NCBI GenBank assembly: GCA_963718615.1
Contig: OY970368.1
Coordinates: 5,152,001 to 5,216,000 of the forward strand
DNA from: an uncultured cyanobacterium
GTDB lineage: Bacteria; Cyanobacteriota; Cyanobacteriia; PCC-9006; JAAUQQ01
Length of the DNA: 64,000 nucleotides
Direction: 5' to 3'
Made by a program: the position numbers and the translations under genes
In this document: one piece after another, positions 21,685-31,406 of the stretch
Position numbering within the stretch: position 1 is the stretch's first letter
How the letters are laid out: the number at the start of each line of letters is the position of its first letter
Notes under the pieces: model-generated
Database searches by the model: none
What the model was told of the DNA's origin: nothing
The model's input: the letters and a program-made list of their open reading frames with translations, nothing else

Positions 21685-21915
21685 ATGAAAGACTTTCTAC
21701 AGTTTCTTGGAAAATTTCTGTTCGCATTTTTCTCAGGGTTCGGAAGCTCTCTTATGGCAAACGCCGAATTTTTAGTCGGTATCCTAGCAATAGCAATGAT
21801 AATTTATATTATTTACATACTTTTCTCTGAAGAAACCGATAAGGCACAGAGAATTGTCACATCTCTTTCCGGTTTGGTAGGTGGTGTTGTCGCAGCAGCT
21901 TCCCTTGATCATTAA
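21685..21915 (+). CDS. Small hydrophobic membrane protein
   Basis: 76 aa ORF with 2-3 hydrophobic segments in an AT-rich region. Confidence 0.5.
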   Translation: MKDFLQFLGKFLFAFFSGFGSSLMANAEFLVGILAIAMIIYIIYILFSEETDKAQRIVTSLSGLVGGVVAAASLDH

Positions 21916-21927
21916 GTAGGAGTAAAA

Positions 21928-22242
21928 ATGAAAAACCATCAATCCTGGCTATTGCCTCGGCTTATAGTGTTTGTACTTTTGGTCATTGTAATGTCATCAA
22001 TGTTTACTCAGTACAGTCGAGATAGATACGAAAGGGGAATTACTCTAACAAAAAATCAATATATCGAAAACTACAGTTCTTTCAAAGAAGAACTGCTAAG
22101 CTCCAAACCATACAGGCAATATGGCAATTCACTTTTGGCCACATTCTTACCAATGCTTATAATCATTGGAGCATACGAGGGGATAATTTTGCTTTTAAGC
22201 ATATATCTTCGCAAGGGAAAAGTACAAGCAAGTAGATACTAG
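21928..22242 (+). CDS. Two-TM membrane protein
   Basis: AGGAG RBS; hydrophobic segments at both ends. Confidence 0.55.
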   Translation: MKNHQSWLLPRLIVFVLLVIVMSSMFTQYSRDRYERGITLTKNQYIENYSSFKEELLSSKPYRQYGNSLLATFLPMLIIIGAYEGIILLLSIYLRKGKVQASRY

Positions 22243-22642
22243 AGACATCTTGATCTAGTAGTACGATATCGAGACAGAGTAAACAGGGGGATAAGTGATA
22301 TATTTATCCCTCTACCAAGGATTGATAACGACAATACAGTTTCTTGAGTCGAGACTCCTTGGATCATAGTATTCAGTCGTTATATTCGTATTCAAATCGC
22401 AGTATCATCTTAAGGAAAAAGCAATTACCGACTAAACTCTTCATTCGTCAAAGATTCTTAAAATCTAAACATTAGACTAATCATTAAATCATTTTGTCTA
22501 GACTCATTGAAAACTAGGAAGTCTAGTATTTGAATGACCGCCTCCGCTACAAGCAGACAGAGTATCACTTCAAGATCGCTAGCATGTTGCTTGCCGCAGG
22601 GAATCAGGACCAACAAAATAAATACAATTGGAAAGGCAAAAA

Positions 22643-23725
22643 ATGGCGAAAGACTTTGTTCTCTTCATTCATGGAGTTACTGTAAGAAACAACAACTATG
22701 CTAACAGAATTATTCAAGTCATTCAGAAGAGATTAATAACGGAAGAAAAGTATGAGATTGATGCATCACAACTACTAAACAAGGATAAAAAGATAGTTAA
22801 ACATGTCTTTTCAAAAAGAGATTTAGATGGAAATAAAGTTCATGATGTCGTACTACTTCCGCTTTTCTGGGGTGATATTCCAGAAAAACAAATTGAACAG
22901 AAGCTTAATAACTTGACAAATCAGCCAACATGGAAATATCTCGACTTTAAAGATATAAGACTAAAATCTATAATGCCATTTGCAGGAGACGCAACTCTAT
23001 TTATTAATGAACAGATAGGACCTATTTTTATCAAAAAAATGGTTGAGGATGCAAAAGATGCAATCGGAACTATAGAGCCAGGCGATCGACTTCACTTGGT
23101 TACTCACAGTTGGGGAACTATCATACTGTTCGACTTTATCCTTTCACAAAGATGGTTATTTAAAAATAACGGAACTATCGAAGATGAGACAAAATTTTTG
23201 TTCGAATTTCAAGAGCTATTGTTTGACTCTTTGATTCTAGAAAGTGTTATCACTATGGGCTCACCTATTTTCTTTTTTGAATTTATGCAGGCAAAAAGAC
23301 AGGCTAATAATGATAAAGCTAGAGAAAACTTTATTAAAATTTTGATTGAAAAAGTTAAAGGCGGTCGAAACAAACAAGAGTATCGATATAAAATTCCTTG
23401 GACAAATTTCGTTCATCCGTCTGATCCAATAGCATGGCCAATAAAAGGAATTTTTAGTTCCAAAAATGGTTTCGATAAGGACACAAGCAAACTATTTGTA
23501 GTGGAGGATAAAATCATTTGTAAAAAGTCTAAAAAAATTCTGAAGCCATTTCATTATTTAATTTCTAATATAGGACCGATTGGGAAAATCATCTTGATAT
23601 TACCATCAGTTATATATGCCTATTGGGCTCATTCAAGTTACTGGAGGAACAAAGAGATCGCCAACAAGATTCTTATCAACGTTCTTAAAGAAGCAGAAAG
23701 GGAGTTGATTTCTAGTTCGACTTGA
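22643..23725 (+). CDS. Alpha/beta-hydrolase-fold protein (AT-rich)
   Basis: FIHGV, THSWG, TMGSP, DPIAWP, AHSSYW; same family layout as 17074-17943. Confidence 0.75.
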   Translation: MAKDFVLFIHGVTVRNNNYANRIIQVIQKRLITEEKYEIDASQLLNKDKKIVKHVFSKRDLDGNKVHDVVLLPLFWGDIPEKQIEQKLNNLTNQPTWKYLDFKDIRLKSIMPFAGDATLFINEQIGPIFIKKMVEDAKDAIGTIEPGDRLHLVTHSWGTIILFDFILSQRWLFKNNGTIEDETKFLFEFQELLFDSLILESVITMGSPIFFFEFMQAKRQANNDKARENFIKILIEKVKGGRNKQEYRYKIPWTNFVHPSDPIAWPIKGIFSSKNGFDKDTSKLFVVEDKIICKKSKKILKPFHYLISNIGPIGKIILILPSVIYAYWAHSSYWRNKEIANKILINVLKEAERELISSST

Positions 23726-23871
23726 TTAGGTTCGTACAAAACTTTTATGAGGCTGCATAGAAAAATTCTTTCAGTAAGATCTTCAACTTTTATTCTGTGC
23801 AATCTCATACATACAAGAGATCCTGTCAGAAATACTCATAAAGATAACTGTTAGGAGAAGATTTTAAAGGC

Positions 23872-24645
23872 ATGAAAGACGATACAATGCAGAGACTGAG
23901 TTTTCTCGTCCATCATAATACTCACGTCATGCGATTGAATCTCCTAAATTCCTGCCTTAATTTACTTTTCAGCATATTGGTTATCAGCGGAATATGTTTT
24001 TTGACTAACAGCCCTGGGGCGATCGCCACCCCCCTCCAGCCCCCCATCCACCTCGCCCAACTCACCCCAACCGATCGCCTCGCCCCCACCCTCCCCCGCC
24101 TCAACGGCAAAGCCACGATCGAAATGATCGTTAACAGCAAACCCATCACCATCGAAGTTGATGGCACCAAAGCCCCCATCACCGCTGGCAACTTCGTCGA
24201 TCTCGTCCAGCGCGGCTTTTACGACGGCCTCAGCTTCCACCGCGTCATCCGCCAACCCCAACCCTTCGTTGCCCAAGGCGGCGACCCCAAAGGCAACGGC
24301 TCCGGCGGCTTTATTGACCCTACAACAAAGAAAGAACGCATCGTCCCCCTCGAAATCCAACCCGAAGGAGCCGATCAACCCGTCTATGGCAAACCCCTCA
24401 AACGGCAACTGCCTGCGCTGAAACATCAACGGGGCGCGATCGCCATGGCCCGCACCCAAGTGCCCAACTCCGCCTCCTCCCAGTTTTACTTCGCCCTCGC
24501 TGACCTTGGCTTTCTCGATGGCAACTACGCCGTCTTTGGCTACGTGACCCAGGGAATGGATGTCGTCGATGGGATAGAGCAAGGCGATCGCATCACCTCC
24601 GCCAAAGTCACCGCAGGCATAGAAAACCTCCAACCCCCCCAGTAA
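23872..24645 (+). CDS. Cyclophilin-type peptidyl-prolyl isomerase
   Basis: [39 protein letters not shown]; start uncertain. Confidence 0.92.
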   Translation: MKDDTMQRLSFLVHHNTHVMRLNLLNSCLNLLFSILVISGICFLTNSPGAIATPLQPPIHLAQLTPTDRLAPTLPRLNGKATIEMIVNSKPITIEVDGTKAPITAGNFVDLVQRGFYDGLSFHRVIRQPQPFVAQGGDPKGNGSGGFIDPTTKKERIVPLEIQPEGADQPVYGKPLKRQLPALKHQRGAIAMARTQVPNSASSQFYFALADLGFLDGNYAVFGYVTQGMDVVDGIEQGDRITSAKVTAGIENLQPPQ

Positions 24646-24685
24646 AAAACCGCCCCACCCCATCACTCCCCACCCTCCCTCACCC

Positions 24686-26122
24686 ATGCCCACCCGCCCC
24701 TACCTCTTCTACGCCCTCACCAACAGCCTCTGCTCCCAGTGTCTCACCAAAGTAGAAGCCAAAATCGTCTTTCAAGCGGGAGGCGTTTACCTGATCAAAC
24801 ATTGCCCCAGCCATGGCCGAGAAGAAGTCCTCATCGCCGACGACATTGACTACTATCGCCAAACCCAAGCCTTCATCAAGCCGGGAGACATGCCCCTGCG
24901 GTTCAATACCCCGATCAAATACGGTTGCCCCTACGACTGTGGCCTTTGCCCCGACCATGAACAGCACAGTTGCCTCACGCTCATCGAACTAACCGATCGC
25001 TGCAACCTCACCTGCCCCATTTGCTACGCCGACTCCGGAGCCGAAGACCTCAACAAAACCCACCAACCCCGACGCCACCGCAGTCTTGCCGAAATTGAGC
25101 GCATGCTCGATGCCGTAGTCGCTAACGAAGGCGAGCCGCAGGTGATACAACTGAGCGGTGGCGAACCCACACTGCACCCAGAGTTTTTCGCAGTCATGGA
25201 TTTGGTCAAGGCGAAACCGATCAAACATTTAATGATCAATACCAACGGCCTTAAAATTGCCCAGGATCGAGCCTTTTGTGAACAGCTCAGCCAATACAAA
25301 CCCGGCATCGAAATCTACTTACAATTTGACAGTTTTGAAGCAGAAGCCTTGCGAGAACTGCGCGGGGCCGATCTGCGTAATATTCGGCAACAGGCCCTAG
25401 AGCATCTCAATGAATTTAACCTCTCTACAACGTTGGTCGTCACCGTCAAAAAGGGCTTGAACGATCATGAAATTGGCAAGATTATCGACTTTGCACTTCA
25501 GCAGCGCTGTGTTCGGGGTGTGACCTTTCAGCCGATTCAGATTGCGGGGCGATTGGAAGGATTTAAGCCAAAGCGCGATCGCTACACCCTCACCGAAGTC
25601 CGCCGCGCCATCCTCGACCAAAGCCCCCACTTCAAACCCCAGGATATCCTTCCTGTTCCCTGCCATCCCGATTCCTTAGCGATGGCCTACGCGGTCAAAA
25701 TACAGGATAAAGTCATTCCCCTCACGGGCCTATTTGACCCGCCCACTTTTGTGGATATGGTGCCCAATTCCGTCCTTTACGAGCAGCATCCAGAACTCAA
25801 GCAAAAGATTTTCGAGCTATTTTCCACCAGCCATTCCCCCGCCTCGGCAACGACCTCCCTCAAGGAATTACTCTGCTGTCTACCGCTCGTTCCGGTACCC
25901 GAGGGATTGACCTATGAGAATATTTTTAGGGTCATGATCGTGCAGTTTTTAGATGCCTATAACTTTGATGTGCGATCGGTCAAACGCTCCTGTATTCACA
26001 TTGCCCATCCCGACGGACGAATTATTCCCTTTGATACCTATAACCTCTTTTATCGAGAAGGTAGCGCAGGCTATGAAATGATTCATCAAATGCATGGGTC
26101 CCCAGTTCTGGTTAGAGATTAA
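24686..26122 (+). CDS. Radical SAM protein of the MJ0619/Tes (tetraether synthase)-like family
   Basis: SLCxxC...CPxHG metal site, GCPYDCGLCPDH, CNLTCPICY SAM cluster motif, GGEPT, IYLQFD, RGVTFQP, CIH..PDGRIIPF. Confidence 0.85.
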   Translation: MPTRPYLFYALTNSLCSQCLTKVEAKIVFQAGGVYLIKHCPSHGREEVLIADDIDYYRQTQAFIKPGDMPLRFNTPIKYGCPYDCGLCPDHEQHSCLTLIELTDRCNLTCPICYADSGAEDLNKTHQPRRHRSLAEIERMLDAVVANEGEPQVIQLSGGEPTLHPEFFAVMDLVKAKPIKHLMINTNGLKIAQDRAFCEQLSQYKPGIEIYLQFDSFEAEALRELRGADLRNIRQQALEHLNEFNLSTTLVVTVKKGLNDHEIGKIIDFALQQRCVRGVTFQPIQIAGRLEGFKPKRDRYTLTEVRRAILDQSPHFKPQDILPVPCHPDSLAMAYAVKIQDKVIPLTGLFDPPTFVDMVPNSVLYEQHPELKQKIFELFSTSHSPASATTSLKELLCCLPLVPVPEGLTYENIFRVMIVQFLDAYNFDVRSVKRSCIHIAHPDGRIIPFDTYNLFYREGSAGYEMIHQMHGSPVLVRD

Positions 26123-26637
26123 CGGGGCGGCTTCAGGAACTGAATCGTCAAGGGATAGCGATAGACTTGGCCTTGATTGGCTTTGATCGCACCATAAATA
26201 CTCAAAATCAGGCTGGTGAGCGGTTGCAGAATCGCAAATACAGCCATACTAATCCAGGTCACATTAAAGAGAATCATGGGAATATTTAAGCCGAAGGATC
26301 CTGGATTAGAGCTACTAGAAGTAGGGCTATACAATGTACCGCAAAGGGACAGCGCAATCAAGGCAGTCAATAACCAAAAAATCGTCGTATAGATCGCCAC
26401 TGAAATATGAAAATTGGTTGCATTGCGACCGTTTTCCTCCACAAAAGAATGGTTATCCCGTGACGTTCGCCAAACCAAATAGGGAATCAGCAGCGCAAAC
26501 CAATAGACCATAAACCCGACCAATACCGCACCAGCTCCCGCCAAATGCATCCACATCGCCTGATTCCGTACCTCAGGAGCAAGTCCCTCCTGGGGCGGGC
26601 CACCGGGCAAGCCACGGTTCGGTAATTCGTCACTCAT
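26119..26637 (-). CDS. DUF4870 membrane protein
   Basis: AMWMHL, FVEENGRNATNF, AIKANQGQVYRYPLTI. Confidence 0.85.
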   Translation of the reverse strand: MSDELPNRGLPGGPPQEGLAPEVRNQAMWMHLAGAGAVLVGFMVYWFALLIPYLVWRTSRDNHSFVEENGRNATNFHISVAIYTTIFWLLTALIALSLCGTLYSPTSSSSNPGSFGLNIPMILFNVTWISMAVFAILQPLTSLILSIYGAIKANQGQVYRYPLTIQFLKPPR

Positions 26638-27445
26638 TCTGGAACTCCTTGGGACGCAGTTGCCATAGATGCGGGATCTCTCGACTGTAATATAACAGAC
26701 CCAGTACGCAGGCGATCTGAATGGCCGTCAGGCCGAACGCAATGGGCAAATCAGGCTTGAGGAAGTCGATGAAAAATCGCATTCCGAGATAGGACATGAG
26801 AAAAAACTTAAACAAATCACCTGATCGCAGGGCAAATTGCGATCGCCACCGCAAAAAGACCCACACCAACATCAAAAAACCAATCTCATACAACTGCGTC
26901 GGGTGCCGCTGAATGCCATCTCCAAAGTCAATGCCCCAGGGCAACGTCGTGGCAATTCCGTAGGTGCGATCGCTCAACCCTGTCAAAAAACACCCTATCC
27001 GCCCGATCGCCATACCCAGCAGCAGCGGAATAGCAAAGGCATCCCCCGTCGATTGTCGAACCCCAATCAACTTTTTAGTCAGTTCAACGCCCGCCAGCGC
27101 ACCCAGCAATGCACCCACAACCGTTTTTCCCTGAAGCAGCAGCACCATCAGCGATGCCCCTCCTTGCCATTCATCCCAATGTTGCACCAGCGCCAGCCCC
27201 TTACTGCCCAGGAATGCCCCCGCTAATCCCCCGACAATCACAAGACTGCGCTGGGCGGCATCCAAACTGCCCCGCTGGAAGCGCCGCAGGGCAAGGCGAA
27301 ACGCAACGCTGTAGGCAATGGCTTCCAAAACGAAATGGGGATGGAGGTGAAGCGGCCCTCCCAAATACACAGGAAACGTGAGGGCGAGAGAGATCATCTC
27401 TGCCAGAGACGGGGCAATCGAAAAGAGCATGAGCGGAAGGAGCAT
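26630..27445 (-). CDS. Prolipoprotein diacylglyceryl transferase (Lgt) family paralogue
   Basis: IGRIGCFLTG..TYG..LPWG..RHPTQLYE, RFFIDFLK; true start perhaps 27397. Confidence 0.85.
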   Translation of the reverse strand: MLLPLMLFSIAPSLAEMISLALTFPVYLGGPLHLHPHFVLEAIAYSVAFRLALRRFQRGSLDAAQRSLVIVGGLAGAFLGSKGLALVQHWDEWQGGASLMVLLLQGKTVVGALLGALAGVELTKKLIGVRQSTGDAFAIPLLLGMAIGRIGCFLTGLSDRTYGIATTLPWGIDFGDGIQRHPTQLYEIGFLMLVWVFLRWRSQFALRSGDLFKFFLMSYLGMRFFIDFLKPDLPIAFGLTAIQIACVLGLLYYSREIPHLWQLRPKEFQNE

Positions 27446-27454
27446 GAGCGGTGT

Positions 27455-28051
27455 CTAATTTCCCCAAACCTTCCGTAAATCCAGCGCAAATCCTATCAAC
27501 ACCGTCTCGCCGGATAATGACCGTGGATCTTGCAAAACTTCTACCGCTTCTCCGGCTCGATAGACCTCTACAGAACGTCCTTTACGATTCAGTAACCATC
27601 CCAAACGACAGCCATTGTCCAAATATTCCTGCATCTTTGCCTGCGTCTTTGCCAAACTGTCTGAAGGTGACAAAATTTCCACAACAAAATCAGGACATAG
27701 CGGTACAAAATGCTCCCGCTGCTCCGGCAACAATGACACCCAACGGGACTTCTCAACCCAGGCTGCATCAGGCGAGCGGTCGGCCCCATTGGGCAACGTA
27801 AACCCTGTGGAAGAATCAAACGCTTCTCCCAAGCCAACGCGATCGTTCCAGATCCAAAGCTGACTCCCCACGGATAAATTACTGCGACCCGTCTCTCCTC
27901 CCGTCGGCGGCATGACGATTAACTCTCCTGTGGCAGTCCGTTCTAGCTTCAACTCAGGATTCTCCCGACACAGTGTATAGAACTGCTCTGGGGATAGATG
28001 GATGACGGCATCAAGGTTTAAGGTCAGACTAGGCATGGGTGAATCCCCCAA
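27455..28051 (-). CDS. Uma2 family endonuclease
   Basis: LERTATGELIVMPP, RSPDAAW, CPDFVVEILSPSD, KMQEY. Confidence 0.92.
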   Translation of the reverse strand: MGDSPMPSLTLNLDAVIHLSPEQFYTLCRENPELKLERTATGELIVMPPTGGETGRSNLSVGSQLWIWNDRVGLGEAFDSSTGFTLPNGADRSPDAAWVEKSRWVSLLPEQREHFVPLCPDFVVEILSPSDSLAKTQAKMQEYLDNGCRLGWLLNRKGRSVEVYRAGEAVEVLQDPRSLSGETVLIGFALDLRKVWGN

Positions 28052-28110
28052 TGGAACCTATGGAAGATTCTATCCGATGGGTTTGGGTTTTAGGATGATG
28101 GAGCGAAATC

Positions 28111-29373
28111 ATGATGCAAAGAATGCAGAAATCAACACACAATCTTCCGGCTCTGAACCGAACGCTAATCCTGGTGGGGTTATGGGGTGGGGTGATGGTT
28201 GGCGGGATCGCGATCGCCAGCTGCTCCACAGCTGCTAGCTTGAATACCCAAGCCTCTACGCCTGCTTCAACGCCTCCAGATTCAGCATTATCAACACCGA
28301 TTGCACAAGCCACCACCCTCCAGCCCCAGATCCTAGCTGAAAATCTAGAACATCCCTGGAGTATGGCTTGGTTACCCGATGGTTCAATGCTAATTACCGA
28401 ACGACCGGGCCGCTTGCGAATGATGCGCAATGGCAAGCTGGATCCGAACCCGATTGCCGGTGTTCCTGCGGTCTTCGCATCCGGTCAGGGAGGCTTGCTA
28501 GATATTGCGCTACATCCGCGTTTTCAAGAAAATCAATGGGTTTACTTTAGCTATTCGGCGGGCGATCGCAACACCAACCAAACCAAAGTCGCCAGGGCCA
28601 AATTCGATGGCAAAACCCTAACCGATTGGCAGGATATCTTGCAAGCCGATCCGACTAAAACTGGTACCCAACATTTTGGCTCCAGACTGCTTTGGCTTCC
28701 CGATGAAACCCTACTGATTTCGATTGGCGATGGCGGCAACCCTCCGCTACAAATTGACGGAGAACTCAGCCGCAAACAGGCTCAAAACCTCAGTTCTCGT
28801 CTCGGAAAGGTTCTCCGCATCAAGGACGATGGCTCAGTCCCCGCAGACAACCCCTTCGTCAACCAAGCCAATGCTGCCCCCGAAATCTGGACCTACGGCC
28901 ATCGCAATATCCAAGGTCTTGCCCTCGACGCCGCCACGGGCCAAGTCTGGGCCTCGGAGCACGGCTCTCGCGGGGGCGATGAGCTCAATCGATTGGAAGC
29001 GGGTAAGAACTACGGCTGGCCAGAGGTGAGCTACAGTCGCGAATACACCGCCGACCAAATGGTTGCCCCGGTCACGACTCGGCCCGACGTGCCTGACCCG
29101 CTCGTCGTCTGGACTCCCTCCATCGCCCCCTCCGGTCTGATGGTTTATCAAGGAGACCAACTTGCCGGTTGGCAGAGCAACCTTTTAGCAGGTGCATTGG
29201 TCAGTCAAGAGATTCGTCGGATTGAGGTGGATGGGCAAGGTCAGGCGGAAGAGGTGGGGGCGATCGCCATCGGCCAGCGGGTCCGAGATGTGCGCCAAGG
29301 CCCCGATGGCTTGATCTACGTGCTCACGGATGAAGATGCTGGACAGTTGATTCGGCTAGAGCCAGCCCAGTGA
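28111..29373 (+). CDS. PQQ-dependent sugar dehydrogenase (YliI/GSDH family)
   Basis: LEHPWSMAWLPDG, GQGGLLD, HFGSR, GHRNIQG, GGDELN..NYGWP. Confidence 0.92.
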   Translation: MMQRMQKSTHNLPALNRTLILVGLWGGVMVGGIAIASCSTAASLNTQASTPASTPPDSALSTPIAQATTLQPQILAENLEHPWSMAWLPDGSMLITERPGRLRMMRNGKLDPNPIAGVPAVFASGQGGLLDIALHPRFQENQWVYFSYSAGDRNTNQTKVARAKFDGKTLTDWQDILQADPTKTGTQHFGSRLLWLPDETLLISIGDGGNPPLQIDGELSRKQAQNLSSRLGKVLRIKDDGSVPADNPFVNQANAAPEIWTYGHRNIQGLALDAATGQVWASEHGSRGGDELNRLEAGKNYGWPEVSYSREYTADQMVAPVTTRPDVPDPLVVWTPSIAPSGLMVYQGDQLAGWQSNLLAGALVSQEIRRIEVDGQGQAEEVGAIAIGQRVRDVRQGPDGLIYVLTDEDAGQLIRLEPAQ

Positions 29374-29396
29374 TGCCATGCCGATAGGATAACCAT

Positions 29397-30284
29397 CTAG
29401 ATAACCGTCCCAAAGAGGTTAGGCCAATCGATTGTCTCAGGACGATCGCCCCCATTGACAATCTCAAAAACCAAATTTCTAGTCCGCTCATCCGCGAGAC
29501 AGGCCACACAGGCATCTGCCACGTCAATGCGGCTAGTTTGGCCATTAAGGCGATCGCCCGTTCCCAGCTTGATCCCCCGGTTCCCATCGGTTGTGGCTTT
29601 GAGCAGCGTGTTTAAATCGTAGGACGTAAAGGGTCCATCGATCAGTTGGCCAGGGCGCAGGATCGTGTAGGGTAAACCTGAGTGGCGGATTGCGGCTTCG
29701 CCTCGGGCTTTGGCATCGAGGACCCCGAAGGCATTGAGCAGGTTATAGGGCGGTTGGCTTTTGCGATCGACGCCGCAGGAGGACACAAAGACAAAGCGTT
29801 GCAGCGTTTGAGGTGCGGCGGCAACTAAGTGTTCAATGGCGATCCCATCCACCTGTTCCGGGTCGTTCTTGGCCTTGGCTTTGCGATAGTCGGCATCGAC
29901 TAAAATCCGAGGCCAGCCCAGCCATTCCGGGTCATCGCCAAACTCAAACTGCCAGCGTGCAGAAGGAAAAGCGGTGGTTCCCGTAGCGCAGATCACATGG
30001 GTAATGCCTTCAAAGGCTGCGGGGAGCGTTTCCGGTTTGCGGGTGTCTCCCACAGCAATTTCGACGCCCTCGCTCGGCAAATTGTCTGGAACATCACCAA
30101 ACATTCCCTTGGCCTTCTCAGCATTGCGCGTCAAAGCCCGGACGGCATAGCCCTGGTCTAGGAGCCTCGCCACGACCAGTTGTCCGACGCCACCCGTTGC
30201 ACCCGCAACTAAAACCTTCGCCGAGCTTTGACGAGCCGAGTTCTGATCTGTGGTCTCTGTAGTCTCTGTAGTCTCTATCGTCAT
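29397..30284 (-). CDS. NAD(P)H-binding Rossmann-fold oxidoreductase
   Basis: VLVAGATGGVG, YTILRPG, SRIDVA. Confidence 0.88.
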   Translation of the reverse strand: MTIETTETTETTDQNSARQSSAKVLVAGATGGVGQLVVARLLDQGYAVRALTRNAEKAKGMFGDVPDNLPSEGVEIAVGDTRKPETLPAAFEGITHVICATGTTAFPSARWQFEFGDDPEWLGWPRILVDADYRKAKAKNDPEQVDGIAIEHLVAAAPQTLQRFVFVSSCGVDRKSQPPYNLLNAFGVLDAKARGEAAIRHSGLPYTILRPGQLIDGPFTSYDLNTLLKATTDGNRGIKLGTGDRLNGQTSRIDVADACVACLADERTRNLVFEIVNGGDRPETIDWPNLFGTVI

Positions 30285-30440
30285 TGTATCCTCTGAGAAA
30301 CGGTGCTAACCATTGTGCCAATTGCGCGGGTCAAATTCCTATCCGCCCTAGGCATGAATCCTGGTCCTCTTCTATGCCTATCCAAGCGGATTCAAGATAC
30401 CCTAGACTTGCAGCCAGGATTGTCTGTTTCCTAAGTTCCC

Positions 30441-31406
30441 ATGTGCCCCGATTCTCCCCCCGTACTCCCTGCTCCTAATCTCCCCTTTTCCCCCAATTCG
30501 CGCCGCCTGATCCCCCTCAGCCAAATTAGCTTTGATCAGGGCACCCAAACCCGCCATGGGGGGAACGATCTAGCGACCGTACGCCGCTATGCCGAGGAAA
30601 TGCAGACGGGGCTTTGGGACTTTGAGCGATCGCCTCTCCCCCTACTGTTTTTTGATGGTCGCTGCTACTACCCCGGCGATGGTCATCATCGGCTCGAAGC
30701 CGCTCGGCTCAGCCAGCTCGAAGCCCTGCCCTGCGAAGTTTGCCCCGGCAGTCTGCGGGAGGCCCAATTTTTTAGCAACACCGAAGCCAACAAGTACCAT
30801 GGCAAACAGCTCACCCGCCAGGACAAACGCCATCGGGTACAAAATTTGTTGGTGGATCCTGAATGGACCCTGATGAGCGATCGCGAAATTGCCCGGTACT
30901 GCGGTGTCTCGGCCCCCTTTGTCGGCAATGTCCGTAAGTCTTTAATTGAGGCCAACCAAATTACGGCTTCGACGCAACGCAAGGGCAAAGACGGTCGAGT
31001 GCGCGAAACCGCCAAGATTGGCCGGGTAAAATCTCAATTGGAACCGGACTTTGAACCGGACTTTGGACCGGACTTTGGACCGGACTATGAAACCCTCCTG
31101 ACGGAGCGCAATGCTCTGATGCAGCGGATTGCGACCCAGCAAATGCAACATGCTAAGGAAATTGACCGGCTCACGGCAGAATCGCTCCTAGGCCGCAACG
31201 ACGAGCTGGAAGAGGCCCTGGCAACGGATGAAGTGCTGTTGCAAAAAATCTATGATGGATTGGGTACCATAGCAGAAGCCTTACATCCTGACCGACCCGC
31301 CCATGAACTCCGCAAGGATGTGCAGCAAGCTGCACGGGGCATTGCACTGATGCGTCGTATTTTAGAGGCCCAGATTCCAGCTCTGGGACAGGATGAGGGT
31401 GTTTGA
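30441..31406 (+). CDS. ParB-like N-terminal domain + HTH + coiled-coil protein
   Basis: GDGHHRLEAA ParB/Srx motif, SDREIARYCGVS HTH, RKGKDGR. Confidence 0.75.
   Translation: MCPDSPPVLPAPNLPFSPNSRRLIPLSQISFDQGTQTRHGGNDLATVRRYAEEMQTGLWDFERSPLPLLFFDGRCYYPGDGHHRLEAARLSQLEALPCEVCPGSLREAQFFSNTEANKYHGKQLTRQDKRHRVQNLLVDPEWTLMSDREIARYCGVSAPFVGNVRKSLIEANQITASTQRKGKDGRVRETAKIGRVKSQLEPDFEPDFGPDFGPDYETLLTERNALMQRIATQQMQHAKEIDRLTAESLLGRNDELEEALATDEVLLQKIYDGLGTIAEALHPDRPAHELRKDVQQAARGIALMRRILEAQIPALGQDEGV
31041..31088 (+). repeat. 12-bp tandem repeat x4, in frame
   Basis: g(a/g)accggact(t/a)t units encoding EPDF/GPDF. Confidence 0.85.
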
